This document shows, one piece after another, positions 28,101 through 39,900 of a DNA stretch of 64,000 nucleotides; position 1 is the stretch's first letter, and each line of letters begins with the position of its first letter. The position numbers were made by a program, and so were the translations under genes. Under the pieces are notes generated by a model that saw only the letters and a list, made by a program, of their open reading frames with translations, had not been told where the DNA came from and searched no databases. Source of the DNA: Tubiluchus corallicola (taxonomy: Eukaryota; Animalia; Priapulida); contig JAQGDQ010000525.1 of the NCBI GenBank assembly GCA_030141605.1, forward strand, positions 62,001 to 126,000, in the 5' to 3' direction.

Positions 28101-30536
28101 ATTACAACTCCTGAAATTTTCACGGCCTAGTCACATAAAAGAATTTCTTCATACCACCGTAACTTTCAAAAGAGCGTTCCATTTTCACTACCACTAGGGG
28201 AGAACATATATCAGTTGTAAAACTGTCTGTTTCAAACCTTGGTATATGTTACATATTCAATAAATTATGTTTAAACCAAAAGAACTTATAAATAGCATAC
28301 TTAATATTAACAACACTTAATTTAATAGCATTAGTTAACAAATTGTTGAGTCAAACACAAAACTGATTGTTAATGCTCCATATCAAATTATTAATCAGAA
28401 ATGATGCTTTCATATTGCTGAATTTTTCAAACAAAAAACAAAATTCTTGACAATTAATCCAAGACCTTGAAATTTAGATTCTGGAAAAACTTAAATCTTA
28501 AACATTGGGGCTGAAATTAACAATTAGATCCTTCGAACAGAAAGTCAAATTACAACTATAGAATGTGATGCAACAAACTAAACTTAACTGATGCATTAAT
28601 TAAATTTTGAGACACTTAGTTAACCAAAATCCATGAATTTATATTCATTTGAGATCTTGAGTTTAGACACTTAGATATGATTCTGTAACTTGCATTTTTT
28701 ACATTCAATTCGGACTTCCTATTTATTATAGTATATAATAATATAATATTATAGTATTATAATATCTTAGTTTTGGTATGTTATGTATCTTTATTAACTA
28801 TTGCTCACCAAATTCATTTTCACCTACCAGAGGGTAATCTAACTGGTCTGGAAGAAGCAGAAGGTGAGTTATGTTGACCAGATGAAGTTGACCTCCCAGA
28901 AGAATCGGAAGGCTTTGCTGCTCTCCACACAGACATTGTTGGTAAATCTGTTCGATAGCCTTCACCGACCTTCATCGGCATTGCAGATATCGCCCTCCCC
29001 TGTGCTGAACTACCAGAACCTTCATCTGCGGATGCTTCTGAAGCGTGCTCATTCTTTTCATTTGAAGTACATATCCCTCCATCAGCTCCATTGGGAGGAG
29101 ACCTTGGTGCCTTCCAAACCGACATGGTAGGAGTTTCAGTAACCTGTCCTGATGCACTTCCTTGACTTGCAGCTGGTTGACTAGGCTGCTTTGCTCGCCA
29201 GACTGACATTGAGGGCATTTCATCACGATAACCAACAAATCTGCCAGACCGGTTTGTGCCATCTTGGTTTATTTGTTGCTCACGGGGATTTGGAAAGCGA
29301 GGTGAATGCACTGGGGGAAATGGAGGTACTCCACTATGAAATCCAAAGTTTGGTGTGTTTGCCTGACTTGGCCTAACACCCATCATACGTTGCTGAATGC
29401 ATTGCATTGCTGCGGCACGAGTTTGTTGGTATATAGCAGCAAAACGTTGTTGGAATGCTTCTTGTGCTCTCCTCTGTGATGGATCAACACCAGATCTTGC
29501 CTGAGATGAACCAGCACTATTGCCAGACTCATGTGATATGGCAGGGTGCACAAAGGTGGAGGAGTCATATCCCTGGGCATAAGAACCCTCATCAGAATCA
29601 CGACCCGTCTGGTCGCGTATAGGAGACCTGCTTCTAATATTATGCCTTTGTCCATAATATGGATCAGTTGTCCGAGTTCTAGAAATGTAACTTGGAATGG
29701 GTTCATTGTCAGAATAGCCATGGTACCTCTGAGAAGATTGATATTCAAGTGGTCTGTTTCTGTTTGCGTATCTTTGCTGTCCTTGGGAATACGAGCCCGG
29801 CAGTGATTGATGTTGTTGATTGTTGATGTTAGAGTGTGCCTCGTCTGACATGTCCATAGCCATGGCAGCGGTCATCCTCCTGGGTCCTCCTGGAGCTAAA
29901 AATAGACAGCTAAATTTTGTAGTCATTTGTTAGCATAGATATAATCCAACATTCTACATGAAATGTTTGTGAGGAGTTAAGTGAAAGCAGATTTAACGAC
30001 ATCAATGAATACTTTTTCCATTTCTGATATAAAGTACTTTGAAAGTGCATAACTCAAGGGCTGTTTTTGCCAGGCAATCGACTGCAACATTTTTGGATTG
30101 TGCAACAAACAGGGCACCAATTGCTTACTCGCTTTTTGAGCGAGCCTGGTAATCTCTCTCTGCAAACGCGTGGCAGTTAGATCTATGGTTATTGGTAATA
30201 TATTCATTGATAAGATAAAAAATGTACACTACACCAGAGTGAAGCTGGTTGTGCTATTTTGTCAGAACACTAAATTGTATAAGGATTTATATATACTGTA
30301 ATCAAATTAGCTTGAAAATGTAATACTATTGAGTAAGAAATGTTTGCCTGAATGAAAAAAACATGCTTGTTCTGTGTTCTTTTCACATGACACTGTTTTC
30401 AAAATTATTTCATTAAATTTACCTAAAGCATCGCTGAATTTCTATAGTAAAGAAATATACCTGTTCTCGTCCCACTTCCATGTCTTTGACTTTGGTCATC
30501 ATATCGCTTATCCTGCTGCATTTGGTAAGTGTACAT
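19164..30536 (-). CDS. POP1: RNase P/MRP protein subunit POP1, 10 coding exons: 30536-30461, 29895-28828, 28043-27799, 24607-24371, 24021-23934, 22971-22834, 22638-21952, 21466-20961, 20628-20457, 20089-19164; about 1380 aa
   Basis: POP1 motifs [47 protein letters not shown]-region [24 protein letters not shown] and the C-terminal [29 protein letters not shown] boundaries are phase-consistent (4143 nt). The two 5'-most exons rest on splice signals and phase only. Confidence 0.93.
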
Positions 30537-30687
30537 GAAGGGTTAAGTAGTAACTTCTAATCAAATTGGTCAACTATGTAAAGGAAAAAATTGAATAATT
30601 AAGGAAAATTTAAATAAAGAATATTCTTAAATGTTCATTCATATAATTATAAGCGCAATATTAAATTAGAAAGCCTGAAAAGTTTTG

Positions 30688-30760
30688 CACCTCAGCTGGG
30701 CCTCGAACCAGAGTTCTTCTACTTTTCAGACAGCTACGCTAACTGTTATGATGCCTGACT
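30688..30760 (-). mobile_element. Degenerate tRNA-derived SINE head
   Basis: The minus strand has a B-box-like GGTTCGAGGCC and a partial anticodon-arm-like stem. No complete cloverleaf. Confidence 0.4.
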
Positions 30761-31929
30761 TTTCAGACAATAATATTACTATCAATGAGGTGTATCGATG
30801 ATCCTTGTCCACCCTGTATGAAGACAATAAACGAGATAAATGCACAAAAGCAGCAGTAGCACACAGCACTGTTACAATTTAATAATGTTAACCACTGCAT
30901 TAATTGCATAGTAGTGTAGAACAAGAAGTGCAATTAGCCAAGGCCATGCTATTGTAATCCATATGAGTGACTAGTAACTTACCGGAAAAGTGACACACTA
31001 CAAACGGCACATGCTTTTGAAATAATTTTACAGGGTTAACACACTTAAGAACAAACACCCACACGGTATATAACTCAAGTTACTTTAAGTTGAGACTCTA
31101 AACTAATGGACTTGTGAATTCTTAGTACCTTTACATAAGACAAGGTAAAAAGATCACAAAAAATGACCACACATGCGACTGTGCACCATGACGTTTTGGC
31201 CACGTGACCTACGTTTTGTTTTAGTGTCTTTACGAAAAAAATATTTGTAAATAATAATAACAAAATATTTTATTGTATAAAATAGCACATAAGTAGTACA
31301 TTATTTTTTGCAGTACAAATTAAAACTTTTCATTAGTGTGCAAGTTATATGTTGCAATGCACGCGGCACGGAGCTTACCAGCTATAACTTTGTGTACGAT
31401 TCGAGAGGTAACAACGCAAAACGTGGCCAATTTAATGTGCAAATAAATTTTTTCAGGTTAGATTCCGGTAAAATTGATAAATAATTGACGTTTTTTGCCG
31501 TTTAGGTGTCAATTACGGCTGCAGCAAAACCCTGATAATATTTCTAAGCGTTGTCACGCATTTGACAAAGATTGCAGTTAAAATGTCTTAATATTATTAT
31601 TTTGACATTAGAAAACGTAAATTGATTACTCGTGCGACTGTGCACCTTGACGTTTTGGCTACGTGACTTTGTTTCGCTTTTAGTTCCAATATCAAAAACA
31701 TTCATTACTTATTCTTTGTAAACTTCAAATATCTGAAACGAATACTAAAGTCATTTTTTCCTTTTATTTCATTGCTGAAAAATACAACATTTAACTGTGG
31801 TTTTGTATCAATGTACTTCTTTTTAATTAGTTAGCTAACTTATCTATGTTAACACAAATTATACCAAAAATGTTAATTATTATTATTATCACTGAAAATA
31901 ACCATTCGCACAAAGCTTATAATTGTTTG

Positions 31930-32228
31930 CGAAGTCTAAGAGACCTAACCATAAGACGGTTATTGACGGTCTCACAACAATTTGTGAAATTGCGGTAGAT
32001 TTGATGCGTCAACTGTTTCACTATTAAGTGAATTCCAAGGGCCTGCAACACGAGAAGAGAAGATATGAGCTCTGATATCAGTGCGAGAGTATTGTACAAA
32101 TAATTTAGAATTGTGTCCACCTAAATCACGTAGTGGTCTAGAAAAAAAATTGTCACTATGCAAAATAGAACTACCACTAATGACTTTATAACAGTTAATA
32201 AGATCTATAGTATCATGGCGTTGTTCAA
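31930..32228 (-). mobile_element. 3' fragment of a CR1/L2-group LINE
   Basis: LEQR..IDLINCYK..LGGHNSKL..R.HIFSSRVAGPWNSL..TVDASNL..F is the typical C-terminus of CR1/L2 ORF2. Confidence 0.8.
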
Positions 32229-34229
32229 GAAAATTGATAAATATAATATTATATAATTGATTATATGAATTAATTTTATATACATGCACTATTTGACATG
32301 TTCTATATTGTGTTTTGCCAATGTACATTATATGTATTTGTGCAATGAATTGAATTGAACTGAAAAATGTAAAATCCATTTAATTTGGTTGAAATAACAA
32401 TATAGCACTGTATACATGTAGCAATGATATTATCATTAAATGATATCGTAAAGGAGGAACACGATTTGGTTCTATTGATTGATTGTTGTTCTGATACGAC
32501 AGGGAGGTATTATCGTATTACAATTATGTTCAAATGTAGAGTTATTCCTATACAGACGAATTTTCATTTTATCCTTACTTCAAAGTAAGGATACTGGATA
32601 AGTCCATTATAACTAAGGTATGCATCCTCCGGACTGGGTTCTCAGATTGGCATGCGATGTGCTGTGCTTTACTGTCAGAATTATCATATTTTTTATATTA
32701 GTGTTATCTCTGTACCTTTCAGAAATGTGCATTATGTACTCATTAGCATGTTCTAGCTCTGTCTATTACATGATTACATCTAGGTTAAAATATCTATAGT
32801 CTAGATGCCATAAATTACGACTGCTATGCTAATTGCCAATTGCTACGGTAATTTGATCTGTGAAAAGCACTTTTAAAATTAGCTGCAGTGAGCTTCTAAA
32901 TTATTTTGCTTCCGCTTTTTTATACTAATGTAAAATAACGCGATCCAATAAGCTTAACAAAGTTATGTCAATTATCTGTCCACGTTCACAGTGTTCTCAC
33001 TATCTAGGTGGCCAAATTGAATATTTATGTTAACAGAAACTTAGAGAATTAGTCAGTGTAGAAGTTTCCCTCATAGTGACAAATAGCAGCATTTGGCTGC
33101 TTATCATAAACTCTCTTGAGTGTCAGTTTAGGAAACGCTAATTATTTCAATAGGTTCGAAGGGTATTGCTTCATTTCCCAAGGCTAATCAGATTTTAATG
33201 TATATATGCATTAATTAGTAACAGTGAAGACAAGTTGATCAACTCATTATGTTGTTTCAAAAGCAAGCTAAAACATCAAAGAAATTTCTTTTTAGTCTGA
33301 TTTTACAAAGAGCAGTAAACATTAGAGTTATTAAACTAAACATCCCTATATATTGCATCTTTTAAGAAAAGGGTCATGTCCGACAGTTATAATGGACTAC
33401 CCTTTTTCCAATGCAATATCGTCACGTTATTTTTTGTGTAGGTGATCAATATAAATTCTTTTATCCATGAGCAGCAGAGCTAAGAGAATTCTCATGCTCA
33501 TTTGATCGAGTTTTGTTAGGCCAACAGTTTTAGGCATCCTCATCTTAATTCACTAGCCTCATAAAATGTTTGGCTTACGAGATTCTTCTCAGTCAAACAG
33601 TATTAGTTTTTTTACTGCTGGAACATGACAGACTGTTGTTACATTATTTGTAATGGAAGACAAGGCTTAGCCATCGTTTTGCTTAATGACATGCCTTGGA
33701 AGAATGCATTAGTATCGTAAATCCAGGATTTACTGTAGTTATGCTTGATGCAAGAATACATGCATGTTATAATACTAAATTTATGTTTGATACTGTACCA
33801 TTTGCTTTTTGGTGATTCAAACAATAATTGCTCTGTAATATTATAAACTGAATTTAATTTTAAATAAAATCAAATTAAATGTTTATTCCGTACAAAAAAA
33901 GCACTTCGCACGAACTGCACTGTGCACTTGATGTTGTATTTTCCAGAGTAAAAATTTTCAGACACTTGCCTGCCTATGTACTTGTAAAAGACGATTTCAG
34001 TGGCTGTACTATAATGACTTCGTATATTTGTGGTGTTGACCTACGTCACAGCATAAGAGATTTCGTGGTTTTGGCCATAAATTCAAACATCAGATGACCA
34101 TGTTTTTATTTGAGCCTTTTTTGTATGGTGTGTCTAGGGAGACGGCATATTTTCTTGGACCACATTTGTTAAAGCGTTCATTGACTGACCCTGAATCGTT
34201 TAAAAATATAAGATACTTTTCTTTTCAGA

Positions 34230-34343
34230 ATGATTTCTGACGTGCAGCTGGCAATCTTCTCCAATTTGCTTGGAGTCACGTTGTTCATTTTGGTGATACT
34301 TTATCATTATGTAGCTGTGAATAGTCCAAAGAAACACGAATAA
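34230..34343 (+). CDS. OST4: Oligosaccharyltransferase subunit 4, 37 aa [37 protein letters not shown]
   Basis: Translated by hand because it is below the ORF-track cutoff. Near-identical to the recalled metazoan OST4 ([37 protein letters not shown]). Acceptor TTTTCAG lies just before the ATG and a GTAAG donor follows at 34356 in the 3' UTR. Confidence 0.96.
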   Translation: MISDVQLAIFSNLLGVTLFILVILYHYVAVNSPKKHE

Positions 34344-35317
34344 ATGGTTACCGCTGTAAGTATTTCAGAGCTTTGTTATATGCTTTATTTTTTTGATAGG
34401 TGGCTGAGATCGATTTATCTAGTATATCGTGCTTTTAGTGGAAGTGATGTTCTGTTTGTGCATAGAATATAGCTGCAGTAACTTATCCAATGGCAGATGC
34501 TACAATATCAACATAAACAATGTCAGACTGGGTGTTAATTTCACTAGATTTATTTTCATTGCTTAATAAAATTTAATCAATAATGGATATTCATACTCTC
34601 TGTACTGGTTTAGGTGAAAGGTTATACTGTTTCATTCGTATCATCAACACACTGTTACAGTTTTTTAGTATTCAGCTATCATTTTGATTACAGTGGTTTT
34701 ACTGTGGTTTGTGTCTCTGGATCAGTTCTTTAAAACATCATTGTAAAACCGTGAGCTCAATAACATATTCAATCCTAGTTTAATCCGACCGTATAAAAGT
34801 ACTCCGATGAACACTAGTTCATTTGTAGTAAATACATTGGTATTTACTCATGGTTATTTTTTAGGTAAACAAACACCGAATGCATAGTCGCTGTCATAGA
34901 AAATGTAATGAATAACACCATCTCGTTGTTGTGAAACATCTGCTACAATCTACTGAGTATATTAACAGCAATGGTTATGCACAGGTGTGGCAACTATGAT
35001 CTGCGGCATAGCTGATGAATTCACCTGTCTGACAAGTATTAATTCATGTAAGAAATGTTTAAAATAACCGAAGTGAAAATTTCACCATTTTGTTTTTTGT
35101 TCCTAGCTAAAATCATAGTAAAGGTGATGCAGAATTTTCATGAAACTTTATAATTGAAAAGAATTTTTCTGTAATTTCTATTAAAATGCACCACAAACAA
35201 GAATATTTTTAAGTTACCTTGTAAAAAATTATAGTTCTGAATAAATTATGTAAAAATTTTTATATGAGTGTGATTTTTGCATCATATCTATAGTTAGTTG
35301 ATACTTCATTCTGCTTT

Positions 35318-35633
35318 AGTAGTCTCTGGATGTTAGTGCTTTGAAATGGTCTCTGGATGTGGTTTCTCTGACGTCTTGTGGCCTGTTCCACAAGCATATT
35401 ACTCTGGGGTAGAAGTATATTAAGTAAATGATGAGTCTTGCTACTGGTTAATGAATTTGCTGTTATTCCTGTCACTCAAGGATAACAGCAAATTCATTCT
35501 ACCAGCAGCAAGAGTCAACATTTACTTATATTCCTACCATGGAACTATACACTTATCCAACAAAGTTCCCCTCAGACATCAGAAAAATCACATCCAGAGA
35601 CCACTTCAGTGCACTAACACCCTCAGCTGCTAC
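35318..35633. repeat. Head-to-head inverted pair of LINE 3' fragments forming an imperfect hairpin
   Basis: Centre AATGAATTTGCTGTTATTCCT-gtcactc-AAGGATAACAGCAAATTCATT. Both arms share CACATCCAGAGACCA. The minus arm translates to PVAR..Y..FYPRVICLWN, a LINE ORF2 C-terminal pattern. Confidence 0.8.
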
Positions 35634-36968
35634 TACAATGGGAGTGCCACCACACCTTACCTGTCTGTAAATCTAGTCATGTTTTTAGCCTGCACCCACC
35701 ATGTTTGATTTCCCTTCTTTCACCTCTAATCATAACCTCCAGTACCATCACCAATTACTGAGTTGTTTTTCTCAGAATTTATACCAATCGTGCACACCCT
35801 AGCTACTACTGTGTCATGAAAGATTTAGAAGCATATTGTTCAAAACTTCAATTAGTATGTACTAGTGACATGTAATAGCCACCATTGATGATTGTGTACG
35901 GTTTATTGGGTAATATATTTGGTATTAATAGAAATTATTCACTGAAGCTCTTAGACTGCTGTGAAAGTTATTAGTTACTTTGCCACATTCTAGTTGTAAA
36001 GTACAAACTGGGTCATTTTGTCGTAACAGACCTTATAAAGTAATAAAGAGACACATTTCTGAACAATAAACTTTGCTGTAGCTAGCACATTAATAAATTA
36101 CTTGTCACAATGAGGTTTATTACATTAACACAATTTTGGAAAACCAGAATGTGATTAACTTTATCTAACCTGATGAAGGAAGCAGTGGTTTCCCAAAATA
36201 TCGTTAATAATAATAAACGTTGTGATTAACTACTATTTTTATGGATACGCAACACCACTCGTCAACATTTATTGTTTGTTTCATCAGAGTACTTTGTAAC
36301 ATGTAAGCAAGAATAACCAGGCAGTAGAATGCGTACTCATTTCATAGTAGCAAACTGGTATATCTAAAGTTTGAGGAATTTAGTACTATGGGGCAAACAT
36401 GTAGGCATTTTGGCATATTTTAATATTAATCGATTACTGATCATTAAACTGTTAGAACATTTTTTCTTTTCATTGGGAACAATCTCATCTTTCTTTTCTG
36501 AGATAAGATTGATTATTCTAAAAAGAATACTGGCATATTGCCCTTGGGCGTAGTGCCGTTGTTTATAAAACTACTGGAGATACAAAACTTATCAGTCTCT
36601 TATGACATTTTACTTCAGCATTTATACTGATAACCCAGATCTCTAGCTGAAAATCTTTCGAGCCACTGATTTCCTGTAATCCTTCCTCAGCCATTTCTCC
36701 TGCATTATGATTTCTTCCTTAAATATGCCTTTCAGCTTGAAATTTTGATACATGTACATTCTTTGTTTAAAAATAGTGGGTTCATGGTTTAGCTCAAAGA
36801 ACACAAGATGCAAGTCTAATTCATGTTTATGACAAGCTTAATAAAAATGTATTACGGTATGCAGAAATTATTTTCTGAAGTGACTGAATATCAGTTGATG
36901 ACTTTATTGTGACAGAATCATCATCAGAATCGTATCTTTCCAAGTTTTCAAGTGGACAAAAGAAGAAA

Positions 36969-39900
36969 ATGCAAAAAGCCGATGAGTTCTGGTTTGCAAT
37001 AAATGAATTAAGAAAAGACTTAGTTGCTTGTGAACGGATTAAGCTTGTTAATGAACGTTTTGGTCCCTTTTCTTCATGTAAAAAACTTGGAGACATATCC
37101 TCAAATTCAAGGTAAGTGAAAGCAGGCTTATGTAAAATCTTTTTTTGACCTAAATTTTTAATATGTGTAGTACATAATAGATGTACATATGTAAACTTTT
37201 CCCGTGCCTGTAGTCAGAGTCATGTCTGTACAAAAAACTAAAACCAGTGAAGCTATAATTGCTAAACTTGGCGCAAGGATAGGGCTTGGCAAGCACTGTA
37301 AACTCACTGATTTTGGTTTCCAGAGGTCAAAGCTCAAGGTCTTGTGACCTTATCAAAGTCATCAAGAAATGTCTAGAAAATCAAAACAGATGAAGCCATA
37401 ATCATCAAACTTAGCACAGGGATAGGTCTGGACAAGTCATGGAAATGTTTTGGCCAAAAAATCAAGGTTCAAGGTCACGGTAATCAAAAACTGTCAAAAT
37501 AAATTTATGCCCATAATGATTTCATGACAGGATATGAGTCAGCACTGCTACTGAACTGAATGCCTTCATTCTGGTTTGCTATCTACTTAGCCTCGCCCGT
37601 TTCAATTTAGACTTGGCTAGACAGAATACATCATTGCATGCCTCGCATCAAGTTGAGGTGATGAGCTGATATAATATAACAGGTATCTGGAGACCAATTT
37701 GCCTTTTTTCACTACAGTAGTGAATTGATGTGACTTGTACATATGACGTTAAAAGTATTCTGTAATGTTTTGTTATTAAAACAACATCCACTTGCAATGT
37801 AGTAAACAGCTGTGCACTTCCACAAGTAACTATAGTGCCTCCTCATAAATTTCTGCTGGAAAATGATGCTTTTTTATTATACACTATGATGCCTCCACCT
37901 ATGAACTAAGATTATGTTTGTTTTTGCCATGGGCTCAGTCCTTTATGGTCTTTTGCATTGCATCTACAAAAAACATTATTACAGTGAAATGCAAATACTG
38001 AAAATTACTCTGTAAATCAGGAAAATTTAGGATCCAATTACTCCACCTAATTGGCCATTTACTTTCTGAGCAAATCATCCCGATTTTGATATGCATGCAT
38101 TAATGTGTTTTAATGATTATGTTTGATTTTGTTTTAGTAACATTGTAAAATTTTCTTTTTCTCTGAACAGAAAGGATGTTTTAGAATTGTTAGAAAGCCA
38201 CATCACACAGTTTATCAAGCAACTTTGCCAAGGCAGCTCTCCAGAGCTACTTCTTCCCATGACAACAAGACAGAAATGCAAAAGGTAAGTTGATTACTAC
38301 ATTAAACTGCAGTTGACGGAATAACTTCTAGTTTAGTTCTGTGTAGTGTATTATTTTTAATATTAATTTAAGATTATTGATTAGTGATAGAATGGAATCG
38401 CAGTTATTGAATTGTTGAAACCATATTTGACCATAAGAAAGGAAATGTGAAATTCGCAATGTTTCCTAGTTCAAATCCAGGTTCTGTTTCGACTTTCGAT
38501 TTCAGAAATTTCATAAACTGCAGATTTATTTTTGTTATTGAATGGGTTATTGTGAACAATTTTTTGAAACAGTTTTTCTGCAGGGCAAAGATTGGACCCG
38601 GTGGTGATGCTTCAAATGAATTAACAAGAATCAGGTTTACGTCTCCTACTTCAATGAGGAAATTTGGTAATAATTTTAGAATACATTTTAAACAGATAAA
38701 TTAGCACAAAGTAATAAAATTGTGTAGCAAATACCAACAAAGTTTACTTCACCTTGTAAAGAATATTCATATGTACGTTTAGAATGTAAAAAATATACAT
38801 ATTGTTTTTGTAAATAGTATTAATCTATGCTAATAAGTTGTGAATCTCCAGTGTTTCTATGTTATAAATCTTTTGTATTTCTGTGTAAAACAACTATGGA
38901 TTTGATCAATGTTGTATTGAAGCAAAATAAAGGAGTGCTAGTGACTAATGTATACACCAGTCGGGCAGACGGGTTAGTGGCTAGTCAGTAAATGTTTTTG
39001 ATCTTACGTTTCCCCTTACCAAAAGTGGCTTTGTAAAAAAAGTTAAAAAAATATACTGCGTGTTGTTTCTATAATGTTTCAGAGGTAGCTTCGTGTTAAC
39101 GTTGCAGTTCTGCATAACAACATTTACTTTAGCAACATTTTGATATTCTTGGCTAGCAAACCTTGATTCATTTTTTTCTTAGCGTTAATGACACATGTTA
39201 TGGGAATTATATACCGTCTGATACAGACTAACACATTTTGCACAAAAAGAGACATATATTACCAGGACGTGGGACTCTATGGCACACAGCGTCGATTGGA
39301 CGAATGTGTTGATAATATAGCTCGTATGTTAAATGTTCCAAGACGGGAACTTCATGTGGTAAGAATTTGTGTATTTTACAAATTAGTTTAAACTTATCAT
39401 TATAATGTTTACAAATTGCTTTCCAGTAAACTGCTTCTGAGCGATTTCATGTGAGATACTACTCCCCCTCTACCCTTCCTACTATTTTTTGCAATGGGAG
39501 AAATATGCATCTGAGCATTGCTAAAAAAAAGTCTGTTGGTTTAGTGTTTCATCTTAAAAGGTTGTCCTTGCCAGTGGGTTGGATTCTGCTCTTACCGAGA
39601 CTGTCTAAGTAGACTATGCCACTGAATAGCTGGATAGCAGCTTTGATAATACATGACTGCATAGAAATGTGTATATATATTTTCTTTGTATATTTGTATA
39701 GTGGCCTAGCACGGAGTGTGCTGATTGATCAGGGCGGCCAATACTATAATTGAGAGGAAGAAATTGAACAATTTTCTTGTGTGCTTTAAAAAAAATAGGA
39801 AAGAAGACCACTACAGCCCCTATAGTTCATCGTCAAACATGGTTTTCAAAATTCGGTGCGAAACTTGACTATATTACTGATACTATTTACGACAGAAATT

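Noticed and set aside
30235-30270. Extra POP1 micro-exon
   Set aside because: Weak donor, and an in-frame stop with the obvious acceptor. The flanking exons join in phase without it.
30688-30760. tRNA gene
   Set aside because: B-box only, with no acceptor stem or D-arm. Kept as a SINE-like remnant.
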